DNA from: Dipteris shenzhenensis | Lineage: Eukaryota | Direction: 5' to 3' (one strand) | DNA: 64,000 nt | Assembly (NCBI GenBank): GCA_047967505.1 | Contig: CM106538.1 | Shown here: positions 51,458 to 60,292 of the stretch, one piece after another | Layout: the number at the start of each line of letters is the position of its first letter | How positions within the stretch are numbered: the stretch's first letter is position 1 | Notes under the pieces: generated by a model | What the model was told of the DNA's origin: nothing | Seen by the model: only the letters and a program-made list of their open reading frames with translations | Database searches by the model: none | Position numbers and translations under genes: made by a program

Positions 51458-53060
51458 TTGTGTGAGATTTCCTCAGGCTTCTTTTGGCAAGCTTCTGGCT
51501 GTTTGGGATCTATCCTTGACGGTCATATTTTAAGTTGTACCTGGGTTCGCTACTACTGGGCACTCTGGACTCTGGAAAGATAGAAACCAGAGAGTCTTTG
51601 GTGATCCAGTTTTTCCTACTTTTGTTTTCTTTTGTCGTTCTTTGCAGCAATTGCTCTTCGATTGTTTGTAAACTCACTCCATAGATCATGATGTATATTT
51701 GGCCTACACCGAGATTTTCTCTTGATGTAATCTTTCAGCTTACCAGCTTTCTGGGATAGCTATCTTGTAATATAAAGCATTCAAAGTTCTCACTAGAAAA
51801 AAAAAAGTGTGTACACACACACCCACATATATATAGTATAATTTGGGGCTCACATCTAATGTCCAAGAGGCATTAGGAGCATTTGGGGATGCTACTTACT
51901 GATGTGCTCATGACCTTCCAGCTTAAGGATGTAGGGTGAAGAATAAGTTAACCAACCATTAGTTTTTCCTTCAAACATCTATTGCATTTTTTGAGTTTAC
52001 AATTACTGTTAACATTTTCGTTTGACTGCAGGCACTTGCAATCATGCATCCCTATAATTTGCCATATGACTCCAAGAAAATTATAATTCCTTCTGAACAC
52101 AGTGAAGCATTCACTTTCAACATGCCTTGTGCTCTAGAATACTGTTCTTATTGCCTCTGTCTTCAATGGGAAGACCTTGTTAGTGAGAATACATATACAT
52201 AATTATGCCACGGCTCGTATCAATTTCTAGAAATACAATTTGAATTTTGTTTTTTATGTATTTTTAACGACTTTACCTGACGGATAAACAGCAGGTGGTA
52301 AAGCCTCAGGGGCACTTGCAGTTGGAGGCGTAGTTAAAGGCCCTGAGCAGAACGAACCGACAAAAAGCAATCAGGCAGGTAGAACTACAAACAACGCGAA
52401 ATCTGCACAGTGGTGTCAAATGCTCAAGCAAGGTAGCTAATTCAGGAGCTTACCTATATTGATGGGCACATAATAGACCAGTTTTGCAAAGATGAGATTC
52501 TCATTCGTGATGTTGTTGATAGATACCATTTCTTGCAAAGACGTCTCGAACATTATGGCTAGAATTTTAAGGGTATCACCGGTCTGTACGACGTAGCTGA
52601 GCAAGTACCCATACTCCCCCGTATTATCAAGACAACCACACAAGAATGTGATCGGCACGGTGGTTCCGGCAGCTACTGTTACAGACGCATTTTTCGCCCA
52701 CGCAAGGCCTGCGTAGTTCTCAGCGAGTATCGTGCTCAGGGGAGCTGTTGTAGTCACTTTGTACGAAGAATTCGCAAGGTATATGGACGAGAAACAGGAA
52801 CAGTTCACTCGGATGTATAGGCCTTGCCGATCGGTCGTCTGAGCATTGCGAGGATCAAGTGTCAGATCTTCCATTCCCACGTTGAACAGTGTCGCCACAT
52901 CCGCTTTGGATTGATTGGAGGGGAGCAAGTAGTAGAGATAGGAAGAACACACTCGACTGGGATCATGGCAAGCAAGGGGAGCGCTGACTTGTGCCGATGA
53001 TAGACAGAAGCAGCCAAAGATCAGGAAAATGCAAATCCAAGTATGACTGGTGGAGCTCAT
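25118..53060 (-). CDS. LYK3: LysM domain receptor-like kinase, AtLYK3 clade; 11 exons, ~658 aa (gene span)
   Basis: Exons 53060-52454, 52342-52277, 49011-48721, 47625-47480, 43435-43346, 43200-43095, 26496-26345, 26255-26158, 25852-25705, 25532-25425, 25282-25118. All are GT-AG and in frame (1977 nt). Signal peptide, LysM ectodomain with CSC/CGC, TM, full kinase, and the LYK3-type C-terminus '[28 protein letters not shown]'. Confidence 0.92.
25425..25532 (-). CDS. LYK3: LYK3 exon 10
   Basis: [36 protein letters not shown]. Confidence 0.93.
25705..25852 (-). CDS. LYK3: LYK3 exon 9
   Basis: [49 protein letters not shown]. Confidence 0.93.
26158..26255 (-). CDS. LYK3: LYK3 exon 8 (DFG/activation loop)
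   Basis: [33 protein letters not shown], translated by hand. Confidence 0.95.
26345..26496 (-). CDS. LYK3: LYK3 exon 7 (catalytic loop)
   Basis: [51 protein letters not shown]. Confidence 0.95.
27130..27430. repeat. Local ~100-bp direct repeat (27130-27228, 27330-27430)
   Basis: 'gtgtaggctttgcagagctttagg...ctgtctatctagcccagat' occurs twice. Confidence 0.75.
27860..30560 (+). mobile_element. L1-clade 5' region + ORF1 (DUF4283-like, CCHC knuckle, Pro-rich linker, extra C-terminal domain); no ORF2 follows
   Basis: C-rich leader 27870-28520, '[26 protein letters not shown]', '[14 protein letters not shown]' (~29203-29245), and ORF 29995-30483. Confidence 0.8.
32018..32029 (+). promoter_or_regulatory. 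Primer-binding site complementary to tRNA-iMet 3' end
   Basis: TGGTATCAGAGC immediately after the 5' LTR. Confidence 0.93.
33361..33560 (+). repeat. Tandem array of GCCACGTCA (14 perfect copies, 12-14 bp period)
   Basis: Counted directly; degenerate copies flank both sides (33330-33665). Confidence 0.92.
34453..35319 (+). CDS. Copia Gag (UBN2/Retrotran_gag_2-like), uninterrupted
   Basis: [30 protein letters not shown]...W..VDGSIPRP...EWDKKDKYA...TSKEAWDMF...[10 protein letters not shown]...LLGEE; ends with an out-of-frame tail read from RNaseH sequence. Confidence 0.88.
   Translation: MSTSNLNLEASAKLDNSNYGTWKYRMETILVLQDKWEYVDGSIPRPLADPATSSSTPSVVTAPATGSTSGSTSTQTVSASVADPAIARAQAEWDKKDKYAYHLIKQNVQDVMLGQLNTVKTSKEAWDMFAALYESKNTSRILTLRNQINQSFRNSNETGHAYVLRIKDYNNQLAAAGETMNPAEMVQVILNGLGEGYENLVQSIAIQRQIPTLEELQSVLLGEELRTQAIQARKGHSNDQAFTASDRSRGKGRNRGRSYQNIGICIFPWSRCYIMVVKQTANCFFVFD
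35240..35674 (+). CDS. Copia RNaseH C-terminal fragment (+1 frame relative to gag)
   Basis: [30 protein letters not shown]...CDNQSA...[14 protein letters not shown]...ADIFTKPL. The first catalytic D(S)D motif is lost. Confidence 0.85.
   Translation, partial: GYAFFLGQGAISWLSNKQPTVSLSSTEAEYRALTTGACEAIWLRRLLSETDYFDESKPTTIYCDNQSAQALAKNPVYHSRTKHIDVREHFIRERVLLGDITLQHCDSKENVADIFTKPLGKELFEKHRLALGLMQRKDIPIKGV
36540..37190 (-). mobile_element. Diverged RTEX-like subfamily B 3' fragment
   Basis: '[38 protein letters not shown]'. The tail matches 49290-49440 and 50770-50890. Confidence 0.75.
37223..38304 (-). mobile_element. 5'-truncated RTEX-like LINE with complete 3' end, flanked by (GA)n on both sides
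   Basis: ORF 37778-38065 (CCHC tail), (GAT)-rich 3' UTR, stem-loop at 37242-37255. (GA)n runs at 37191-37222 and 38305-38337. Confidence 0.9.
38338..38800 (-). mobile_element. ORF1-only non-autonomous LINE 3' fragment with the RTEX-type terminal stem-loop
   Basis: '[28 protein letters not shown]', then a short UTR, then TGTCCCATAGACCCGTGAGGTCTCCCGCAGAC-(TC)n. Confidence 0.7.
38800..39780 (+). mobile_element. Three consecutive short 3'-end retrocopies (SINE-like), each ending in stem-loop + (TC)n
   Basis: Terminal motifs at 38895-38931, 39538-39570 and 39718-39755, each directly followed by (TC)n. Confidence 0.75.
40440..42750. repeat. Degenerate TE region with a repeated ~280-bp segment (40560-40820 and 42480-42750) and possible Gypsy gag remnant at ~41000-41600 (minus)
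   Basis: 'tggtctctttctaccatcc...aattgaccttagtaa...ccatactattgcctaggcctagg...caatgacattgtacc' occurs twice. The gag assignment is weak. Confidence 0.5.
43095..43200 (-). CDS. LYK3: LYK3 exon 6
   Basis: [35 protein letters not shown]; donor G|GTATG. Confidence 0.92.
43346..43435 (-). CDS. LYK3: LYK3 exon 5
   Basis: [34 protein letters not shown]. Confidence 0.92.
43775..44030. repeat. Tandem duplication (~126 bp x2) in intron 4
   Basis: 'gcacatggtcacgtgtgcgcatacatacacacagacgacactcaactctgcctcg...ccttgctgattttt' occurs twice. Confidence 0.9.
44190..44425. repeat. Tandem duplication (~120 bp x2) in intron 4
   Basis: 'ttcattgtaccactgcagg...aactgaaacaggaag.tggaaaacaaaa...gggttaccaactcttcctttaagtccagcagatgatactttttt' occurs twice. 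Confidence 0.9.
45140..45720 (-). mobile_element. ORF1-only non-autonomous LINE fragment with stem-loop + (TC)n tail
   Basis: ORF 45353-45583 '[19 protein letters not shown]...[12 protein letters not shown]', ~140-nt UTR, stem-loop 45181-45218, (TC)n 45141-45178. Confidence 0.75.
45940..47005 (+). mobile_element. Degenerate Ty3/Gypsy (chromovirus-like) RT-RNaseH fragment
   Basis: '[68 protein letters not shown]...MPLGLTNA' and '[17 protein letters not shown]'. Confidence 0.88.
47480..47625 (-). CDS. LYK3: LYK3 exon 4 (kinase subdomain I)
   Basis: [49 protein letters not shown], translated by hand (not in the ORF track); donor CAG|GTAATT. Confidence 0.9.
48721..49011 (-). CDS. LYK3: LYK3 exon 3 (transmembrane + juxtamembrane)
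   Basis: [39 protein letters not shown]...; tatag| acceptor. The donor AG|GTAGCA is the least certain junction. Confidence 0.78.
49150..50365 (+). mobile_element. Head-to-tail chain of non-LTR 3' ends separated by (TC)n
   Basis: (CT)n 49150-49190; RTEX-B tail to stem-loop 49718-49755; (CT)n; short copy with stem-loop 49876-49913; (CT)n; ORF1-tail copy 49978-50298 with duplicated stem-loop; (CT)/(GT)n. Confidence 0.8.
50365..51455 (+). mobile_element. RTEX-like fragments (RT piece 50365-50640, subfamily-B tail 50720-51160, 3' end with stem-loop 51357-51395 + (TC)n(AC)n)
   Basis: '[25 protein letters not shown]', 'NYRTLMIG', '[27 protein letters not shown]'. Confidence 0.75.
52277..52342 (-). 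CDS. LYK3: LYK3 exon 2 (Pro-rich linker)
   Basis: [22 protein letters not shown]; ctcag| acceptor and |gtaaag donor; phase 1-1. Confidence 0.8.
52454..53060 (-). CDS. LYK3: LYK3 exon 1 (signal peptide + LysM ectodomain)
   Basis: [24 protein letters not shown]...VNCSC...FLCGC...[13 protein letters not shown]...YYVPINI; donor AG|GTAAG. Confidence 0.92.
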
Positions 53061-53113
53061 CTTCCCCCGCCAGTTGAGCTCCCGACTTCCCCTGCACAGC
53101 GAATCCTGATCAT
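53057..53113 (-). promoter_or_regulatory. Candidate uORF ([18 protein letters not shown]) whose stop overlaps the LYK3 start codon (ATGA)
   Basis: ATG at 53113, TGA at 53059-53057; an in-frame upstream ATG also occurs at 53117. Confidence 0.45.
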
Positions 53114-54890
53114 GCATTAAGGACTTGGTTCTTGACACAATCTACAATATTTCGCGAGCTTGTCTTGAGCGACGATATCCCGAATTGCAGCTCGGAAATG
53201 AACTGTTGCCCTTTCTCGCTTGCCTTCTTCACGCTTCGTACTTCACCAACAGACAGCAATTTCCAGCGATTATCCCTGTGGCATCGTGCGAATGGTGCCT
53301 GGCTTCCCGGTTCCTTAACTATTCTAATGGACGCCCTGCGCGTCCGGTTTCATACCGTCCGTGCTACCACGCGCAAATTAACCCTCGATGGTCGCCTGTC
53401 ATAGCTGATCGAATCTTTACTGAGAGCCCCTTTGTCGTAAGCTGGCAGAAGCAGAAAGGCGTGAATGGTTGGAAGGGGGGGTTGTTGTCTTGTTGGTGAA
53501 AACTAGGAAGTACGCAAGAACAAAAGTGCAACGGGATCAATGTCCCTTTGGATGAACGGTGATGGGGAAAGACGCGATTCAATGCGAGGAAACAAAGATT
53601 GATGGGGAAAGAAGTGATGGAAGGTGAGAAGAGGCATGGACAAAGACCAGTTTGTGCGTGGACACTTGACAGTCGACTGAGTCGAGGCTAGGAAGACCGT
53701 GGAGCTCGAGTACGAAGAGCTGGCTGACAGGAACGTGCTAGCTAGCTAGCTGGGCCTAGAGCATCATCAGAACTCGAGAAGAGAGGCTTCGTCACTTCTT
53801 CATCCTCCGCTGACAAGAGACTTGCGAGAACTGCGTCGTGATTCTTGATTCTTGCTCTCTTTCAACGATTCGATTGGCGGCCTTGTTGCATGGGGTAAGT
53901 TGTAAAAACTATCTGGGTAGCTCAATCACACTCAAGACTCCATGCCTGTCACTCCAGTCTTGCTCATTGATGGAAGCAGCCCATAGCTTCTTGCTCCGGT
54001 CAGATAGCTAGAGCCTAGAGGTACGATGGCCCTGCTACCGCACCATACGACAGTAATAATACCTTGAAAGCTCGCCCAATTTACTTGCTGGTGGTGAGTA
54101 CCTGAAGCTGTTGCAATTTTACCCACAGAGCTGAGGAAGGAATCTGGGCTCTGCTGCCCTGCCATCGCCACGGTAACAGGACGAGCAACTCGCCCTGATC
54201 ATGAGCGTTGAGAGCATGTTTGCTTTGTGGCCGAACTGGCTAAAACGCAACATGCAACAGATAACGACTGTCATCATCACTGATGAATTTAGTTAAAGAC
54301 GGTAGCAGCAGCAATTGTTGCAAGAAGACGATGATGCAGATGCTGTCTCGATGATTATGGAAACTGCAGCCAAATTCGAGACAGGAATGGCTCTCAAATT
54401 TCTTGGACTTGACTCTTGAAGTGGGATCATCGGGAAGAAGCAATCCTAACACCGAAATGAGACGACCCGATTTCCCAAACAGTGCAAACTTGCACGACTC
54501 TCGTCCTTTCCTCAGAATGGCAAAAAGATAAGTATTGAGTAGAGCAGGAACATGGTTGAAACTTGGTTTTAGAATTTAGAGCTCCTAATCAAACAGACTG
54601 TTTCAGAAGGACACACTCATTTCGGAAATCCGCAACAAAATCAAATCGAGTTTGCCCATTGTCAGAGCTAATCTGTTCAAGGGTACACTGAGACAAATCT
54701 GGTTGTTTTTCCCCAAATCTCAACATGGGCAATGGCAACAACCGAAGAGTTGTTAATAGAGATTCGGATGAAGCCCCATGTTTTCCTAGAACCTAGGCTC
54801 CTAAGAGGCTCCGCCCTCTTTTGCAGGAATGTGTCAATTGTCAAATCTGAATGTCTCCTAGTTAAGACCGCCCTTGCGTGGCAATTGACT

Positions 54891-54928
<38 letters not shown>

Positions 54929-57229
54929 TCGATAGAAAGAATTGTTTCTTGATGTCTCCCCCAATACCAAAATGGTATATGGGACTAACACCTAGTCCAA
55001 AATCCTACGTGGATGTGCCTGAAGCATCCCCCGTCCTCTTTGGAAAAGCATTCCTACTTACAATTCCACCATCTCACTAGCATCTCCCACCCTGACTAAC
55101 ATTGGAAAAGCACCATTCCACCATAGGACTAACATTCTCAACTTTTTTATTAAAAAAATCAATTGTGCATCTCAAACTACTTGTTATGGAATTCTCTTTT
55201 AGCTTCGAGGCTAAGATTGCCTTTTAATAGCTCGACGCACTAAAAAAATCATGTGCTTTCTTCTTTGCATCCAAAAGTGTCCACTTTATCACTATACTAG
55301 GAGGCAATGCCCACATGCACTTGTGGACTCTTGTACTTTGTCACATCAATTATGGACACATTTTTTTATGGTTTTGTTGGCTCTTGACTTGGCAAAACCA
55401 AACTCTAAAACTACTTACTTTCCCATAGCAAATTACAACCGAAAGAAGGACCACTTAATGCATGGCACAACTTCCTTTAGGTTTGCTAAGTTAATGCCAA
55501 AATATTGCTCTACATACCAATGATCCACATGTGATCCTCCCACTTTAGCATTCATTTCCTTAACTCATAAATGTATTCTCACTAAGAGGTGCTTGTTGTG
55601 CAAGTAAATGAAGTAAATCTTACTTTTTCGAGCTTATATGCACCGAGAGGGATAACAAGAGTCTTCAAAGTTGATGTTATAGCTTATAATCGCATACCAC
55701 TTGTTTGGTGTACATATGAATGTGTTCAATGGAGCTCGTGAATTTGTTCCTAAGGATAGGTTAGTCTTTGATCATGTTCCATGTCTTATGTGCTCTTTTT
55801 ACTAACCATGGATTTCACGAAAAAAAAAAAAACATGGATTTCACAAGGAGGTGAGTCCAATCTAAAGAGAGGGCTCCTATAACACACACACACACACCCA
55901 ATTTGGTTCATGCTCTTAATAGGGGTTACCCCTCCAAGAGGGATTGGAGGAATTGAATCCCTTAGAGGGGCATAGAGCAAGAAATTAGAGAGAGAGAGAG
56001 AGAGAGAGAGAGGTGTTGGGGGGCGGGGGGCGCATGCCAAAAGTGTATCTTTTAGAGCCCATGCACATGCAACCAACATTGCCACTATGCCAAAAATTCA
56101 TGGACACTGATGTAGAGCCATGATTTTAGAAAGAGACACTAGAGGCAAATGTGGCACCATGATTTAGAGAGTGCCAAATTCCAAAATATGCACTTATTAT
56201 CCAAATTTTACATCAAACAATCAAAAGGAGACAATCAACACTTAACACTCCCCATAGCTTAAAATGCAACACTGAAGACTCCCCGTACCTAAAGAAGCCA
56301 TACTTCAAACAATGGGACTTTGCAATCTCAAGTCTCCTAAGTCCCTTGCCTTTACTAAAGGATTAATGTAGGGGTATGTAACTAATGGAGGTTCCAAGAG
56401 AGCCAGAGGCTAAAACTATAGGTTTTGTGTGAAGGTTTTGAAAACAAGAGCACAATCTAACTTTTCTTTACATGGAGTGTGTGCATCGGCTCCTACCATT
56501 TCAAATTCACAAAAACTAGGGGCGCTTGACCTTTATTTTGAGTGCTACACTTTGTGCATTCAATTTAAACCACCACCAAAACGAATTAAATTCATATGTT
56601 TCCCTTACTTACCAACTATACTTCTTTTTTCTTTCTTTTACATCTAATTCCCCCTTGTGGGTTTTGGCATAAACAGCTTTTCATGTGGATACTACTCAAG
56701 TTGATCTTGTTAGCCAAAGCTCAAACTTGTGAGCTTCCTCTACGAATGAATGTACTTGGCTTCAAACGCCGTAGTGAACATAAGAGAAACCTCACAATGA
56801 TTCAAAGTTTGATGCTCACTTCACTAGTATAGAATAAATTTGTGAGCCCCTAATAAAGTCCTTGAGTGGAGAGCATTTTAGTGACATAGCATATTGTTCA
56901 AGGCAAGGTTTGTAGTCTATCGCAAAAAAACAATGAGCTTCTCAAGAAATTCATGCCTTCATTGCATGTGCAATTGAATTTCCCCATACTACTCATCCTT
57001 TTACATTTGCCTATTGTGAATTGTCAACTTTGATTTGTTACATTTTATCCTTTACCACTTGGAATCCAAGACACTCCTAAAAACAAAACCCTCAATTGAT
57101 CAAAGAAGATGCAAAAAGAATGGGAGGAGATGAGAGTAAGCTTGCCAATTTTCAAAAATCCTTTCAATGCTTGGTCTTTAAAAGAAAACAACGTGGTGGA
57201 ACAAATTGCTATATAGTTCTTAATATGCA

Positions 57230-58905
57230 CTAGTGTGCAACCCGTGCCCGGCCACGGGCCACATTCCTGTCAAATCTCAACTAGAGTAGGAATATCATGA
57301 TAGAAGAAATAATATTATTGAGCATTCTAATTGATAGTTTCATTGGAATGCCTACTCTTGATCAGCTTCACTGTGGAGGACCTTGATGCAACTGCTTATA
57401 ATCTAGAACGAACCTGTTGGGTGTGCCCGTTAGTAGCAGCTACCCAAAAGGCATTCCTCATCACCCTCGCTACAATTTATTGTCAAATATTGGGCAATTG
57501 ATCTCTTAACTCCTCGTCATCGTCATAGGCAGTATTCCAAATCTAGAGCTCTATAAATTAATTGAGAAAATAGTTTACTGTAATCATGGACTAATCTTGT
57601 AGAGAGTGCTCTTCCCCTTTCTTCTCCCTCCCAACAGGTCGAGTACTTGTCTCATGTGCAGATCTATGAATCTAGAGGCATTTACCTCTATCAATCAACA
57701 AATGATGATGTCCCAACTAACCTTAGTTGTACTCTCTCCATGTACCTTCACTCCACTATTCCAAAAGTAGCCCGATTACTACTAAACCAGAGGAACAACA
57801 ATAGTTTGTATCGTGAAAAGGTGGTTAGTTGGAATATCATCATGTGCAGATCTATCAATCTGGAGGGATTACAAATCTAGGAATTACAACACTTAATAAG
57901 ATTGTTATGATTGCTGCTTTGAATGCTCCTTCATGTAAACTCGTCTGTGGGGCGCCTTGAGTCATAATATCGTAAGTAGTTGATCATAGAAATGGACATC
58001 TCACAAAGAAGAGAACGCATGCCACTCGCAATAGTTACATTTGAAAGCCAGATTGCTATGCAAAGATCGGTGTCAGTGTCAATCACATTCCTTGTTAGGT
58101 TGTAGGACGTTACTCGTCTGCAAAATGACCTTCATGTACTTACAACAATTATCACAATGAAGAATTCCCACATCAGCAATCCTCGACATGAAGATGTGTC
58201 TCTCCAAGATAAAGTACAAGGTCTAGCAGAGTTTGAAGTGAGCTTTTAGACCCGACAAACTACAGATTAGAATTCCTAATCGGTAATCTTGTCAGCTTTG
58301 CAACACAGGGGAATTTATCGCACTGAATGTTGATGTTTCAAAAGCTCATTGTGTTTGGCATGTCATTCACAAATGCAAATTCTGGAGACATTTACAATTA
58401 CAAATTCCAATATGCAACACATACATTAAGATATCGGACGTCTACAATTTAGGATCCCCGCAGACACTGTGAGGTTGAACTCCATCACACTTGCAACCAT
58501 TATATTAGAGCCTGTAGCATGGTCAAGGTTTTTGCGCCACCAACTCGCCACCAATGTCACAACCTCTGCTACCAGGAAACCCAAGATTGAAAAGTCCATC
58601 TCCCTAAGTGTCTTTGCTAAATCATGAGAAGATTCAATAAATTATAGGATAGGATGCATGGATTAAAGAAAAGGAAAGAGTCGTAGGAGGACACACCTAT
58701 ATGGGAAGATCGTTTGCACCTGCTGCACAAGCCAATGCAAATGCATCCTCCAATCCATTCTCTAGGAATTCACTTGTATGTTGAGAGTCAATGGGGCACC
58801 ACAGATTCACTTGCTTGTAGCTGTATGCATGGAGGAGCACCCGCTCTCAAGATTTGGAAGCCAAAGTTTGACTATAGTCATTTATGCATGGCAAAGCCAT
58901 ATGAA

Positions 58906-58943
<38 letters not shown>

Positions 58944-59252
58944 CAATTGGGCCTGAGGATAGTTGCAAGGAAGAGAACACATGCCACTCGCAATAGTTGC
59001 ATTTGAAATCCAGATTGCTATGCAAAGATCGGTGTCAGTATCAATCCCATTCCTTGTTAGGTTGTAGTTCTTACTCGTCTGCAAAAATGACCTTCATGTA
59101 CTTGCAACAATGATCACAATGAAGACTTCCCACATCATCAATCCTCAACATGAAGATGTGTCTCTCCAAGATAAAGTACAAGGTCTACCAGAGTTTGAAG
59201 TGAGCTTTTAGACCCGACAAACTACAGATTAGAATTCCTAGTCGGTAATCTT
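57230..59252 (-). mobile_element. Helitron 3' terminus with probable degenerate Helitron body
   Basis: Minus strand CCCGTG-GCCGGG-CACGGG hairpin, then TTGCACA-CTAG|T at 57230. Only weak PIF1-helicase-like traces upstream ('KNLDHATG'); 5' end not found. Confidence 0.6.
58010..59252. repeat. ~280-bp direct repeat (58010-58290, 58972-59252)
   Basis: 'atgccactcgcaatagtt...cagattgctatgcaaagatcgg...gagcttttagacccgacaaactacagattagaattcc...ggtaatctt' occurs twice. Confidence 0.9.
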
Positions 59253-60019
59253 CTTCTTTGTCCCTTGCATGGCTCTTTAATAGCCTCCAACAGATACATC
59301 TTGGTACCTACTTAATAATTAGGAGTCATATTGAATCACTATCGGTTCAACTGGGTTACATAAGGCCTAGAGAGAATATTGAGGGACATAGCCCACATTA
59401 AAAGAAAAATGAAGAATTGCAACCTAAGCTATGCCTGAATTCAAAGCTAACAAAACCTTTACTTTGGTTCAAATATGGCATAGCACTTAGGTCCTATGTT
59501 ATCACATTAATCAAACTTAGAATTTAGACATTAAAATATACTTTTTCATATCTAATGAAAGAATAAAGGTTGAAGAGTGACAAATTTAAAATGGATAAAG
59601 ATGAAAGCTTAGAAAAATATAGACATTAGGGAGCATAGACGTTGGATACAAGATCTCTTTAAAGAGAGGAGAGAGACACATGAAGAATGAAAAAGGAAAT
59701 CATGAATAGGAAGTGACTTGAAATGCAGAGACTCTAATATGGATACCGTTTGGGCCTAAATAGTGAGGATATCCAAAATCTAATAGGCTAAAGTCTAGCT
59801 CCAGCTTGACTTTGAGGATTTCTTACGAATTGATAGCCTGGCAAGTTGTGTATTTATGTTCTTGACCCTTTGAACATAGGCATATCCTAGTTCATTACTA
59901 TTGCAAAAGCTTTGATTGATTTGATTTCAAAATTCTAGAAAGTATTCTTTGTTTCATAAATGTTTGTAAACATATTCCTAGGCATGCAAGACAAGTGAAT
60001 GAATCAAATTAGTGGAGAA

Positions 60020-60292
60020 GCATGTTTAGATGGCAATATATAATGGGAATCATAAGCCAACAACTCTTTTTAGATGGTTGCAAAGTTTGGACATGTGTGA
60101 GACATGTACTTCACAAGAGAGGAATCAACAAAAAGGGCAATGCGCTCTCCTTCTTGAAGTGTTAGTAGTCTTGTGCATTAGGCACTTGCATCATAAGGCA
60201 TGGTCTCAAAAACTTGGAATGGATTGAAAACTCAAATTAAAGAACACTTTTTTTCTCCTGATTTTGAAAGAGATACGTTCATGGAATGGGAT
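60020..60292 (+). mobile_element. Old Gypsy gag remnant
   Basis: 'YNGNHKPTTLFRWLQSLD' and 'KTWNGLKTQIKEHFFSPDFERDTFMEWD'. Confidence 0.6.

Noticed and set aside
53125-54990. Short ORFs upstream of LYK3 as a divergent gene
   Set aside because: No recognisable domain or consistent exon chain; more likely 5' UTR/promoter sequence.
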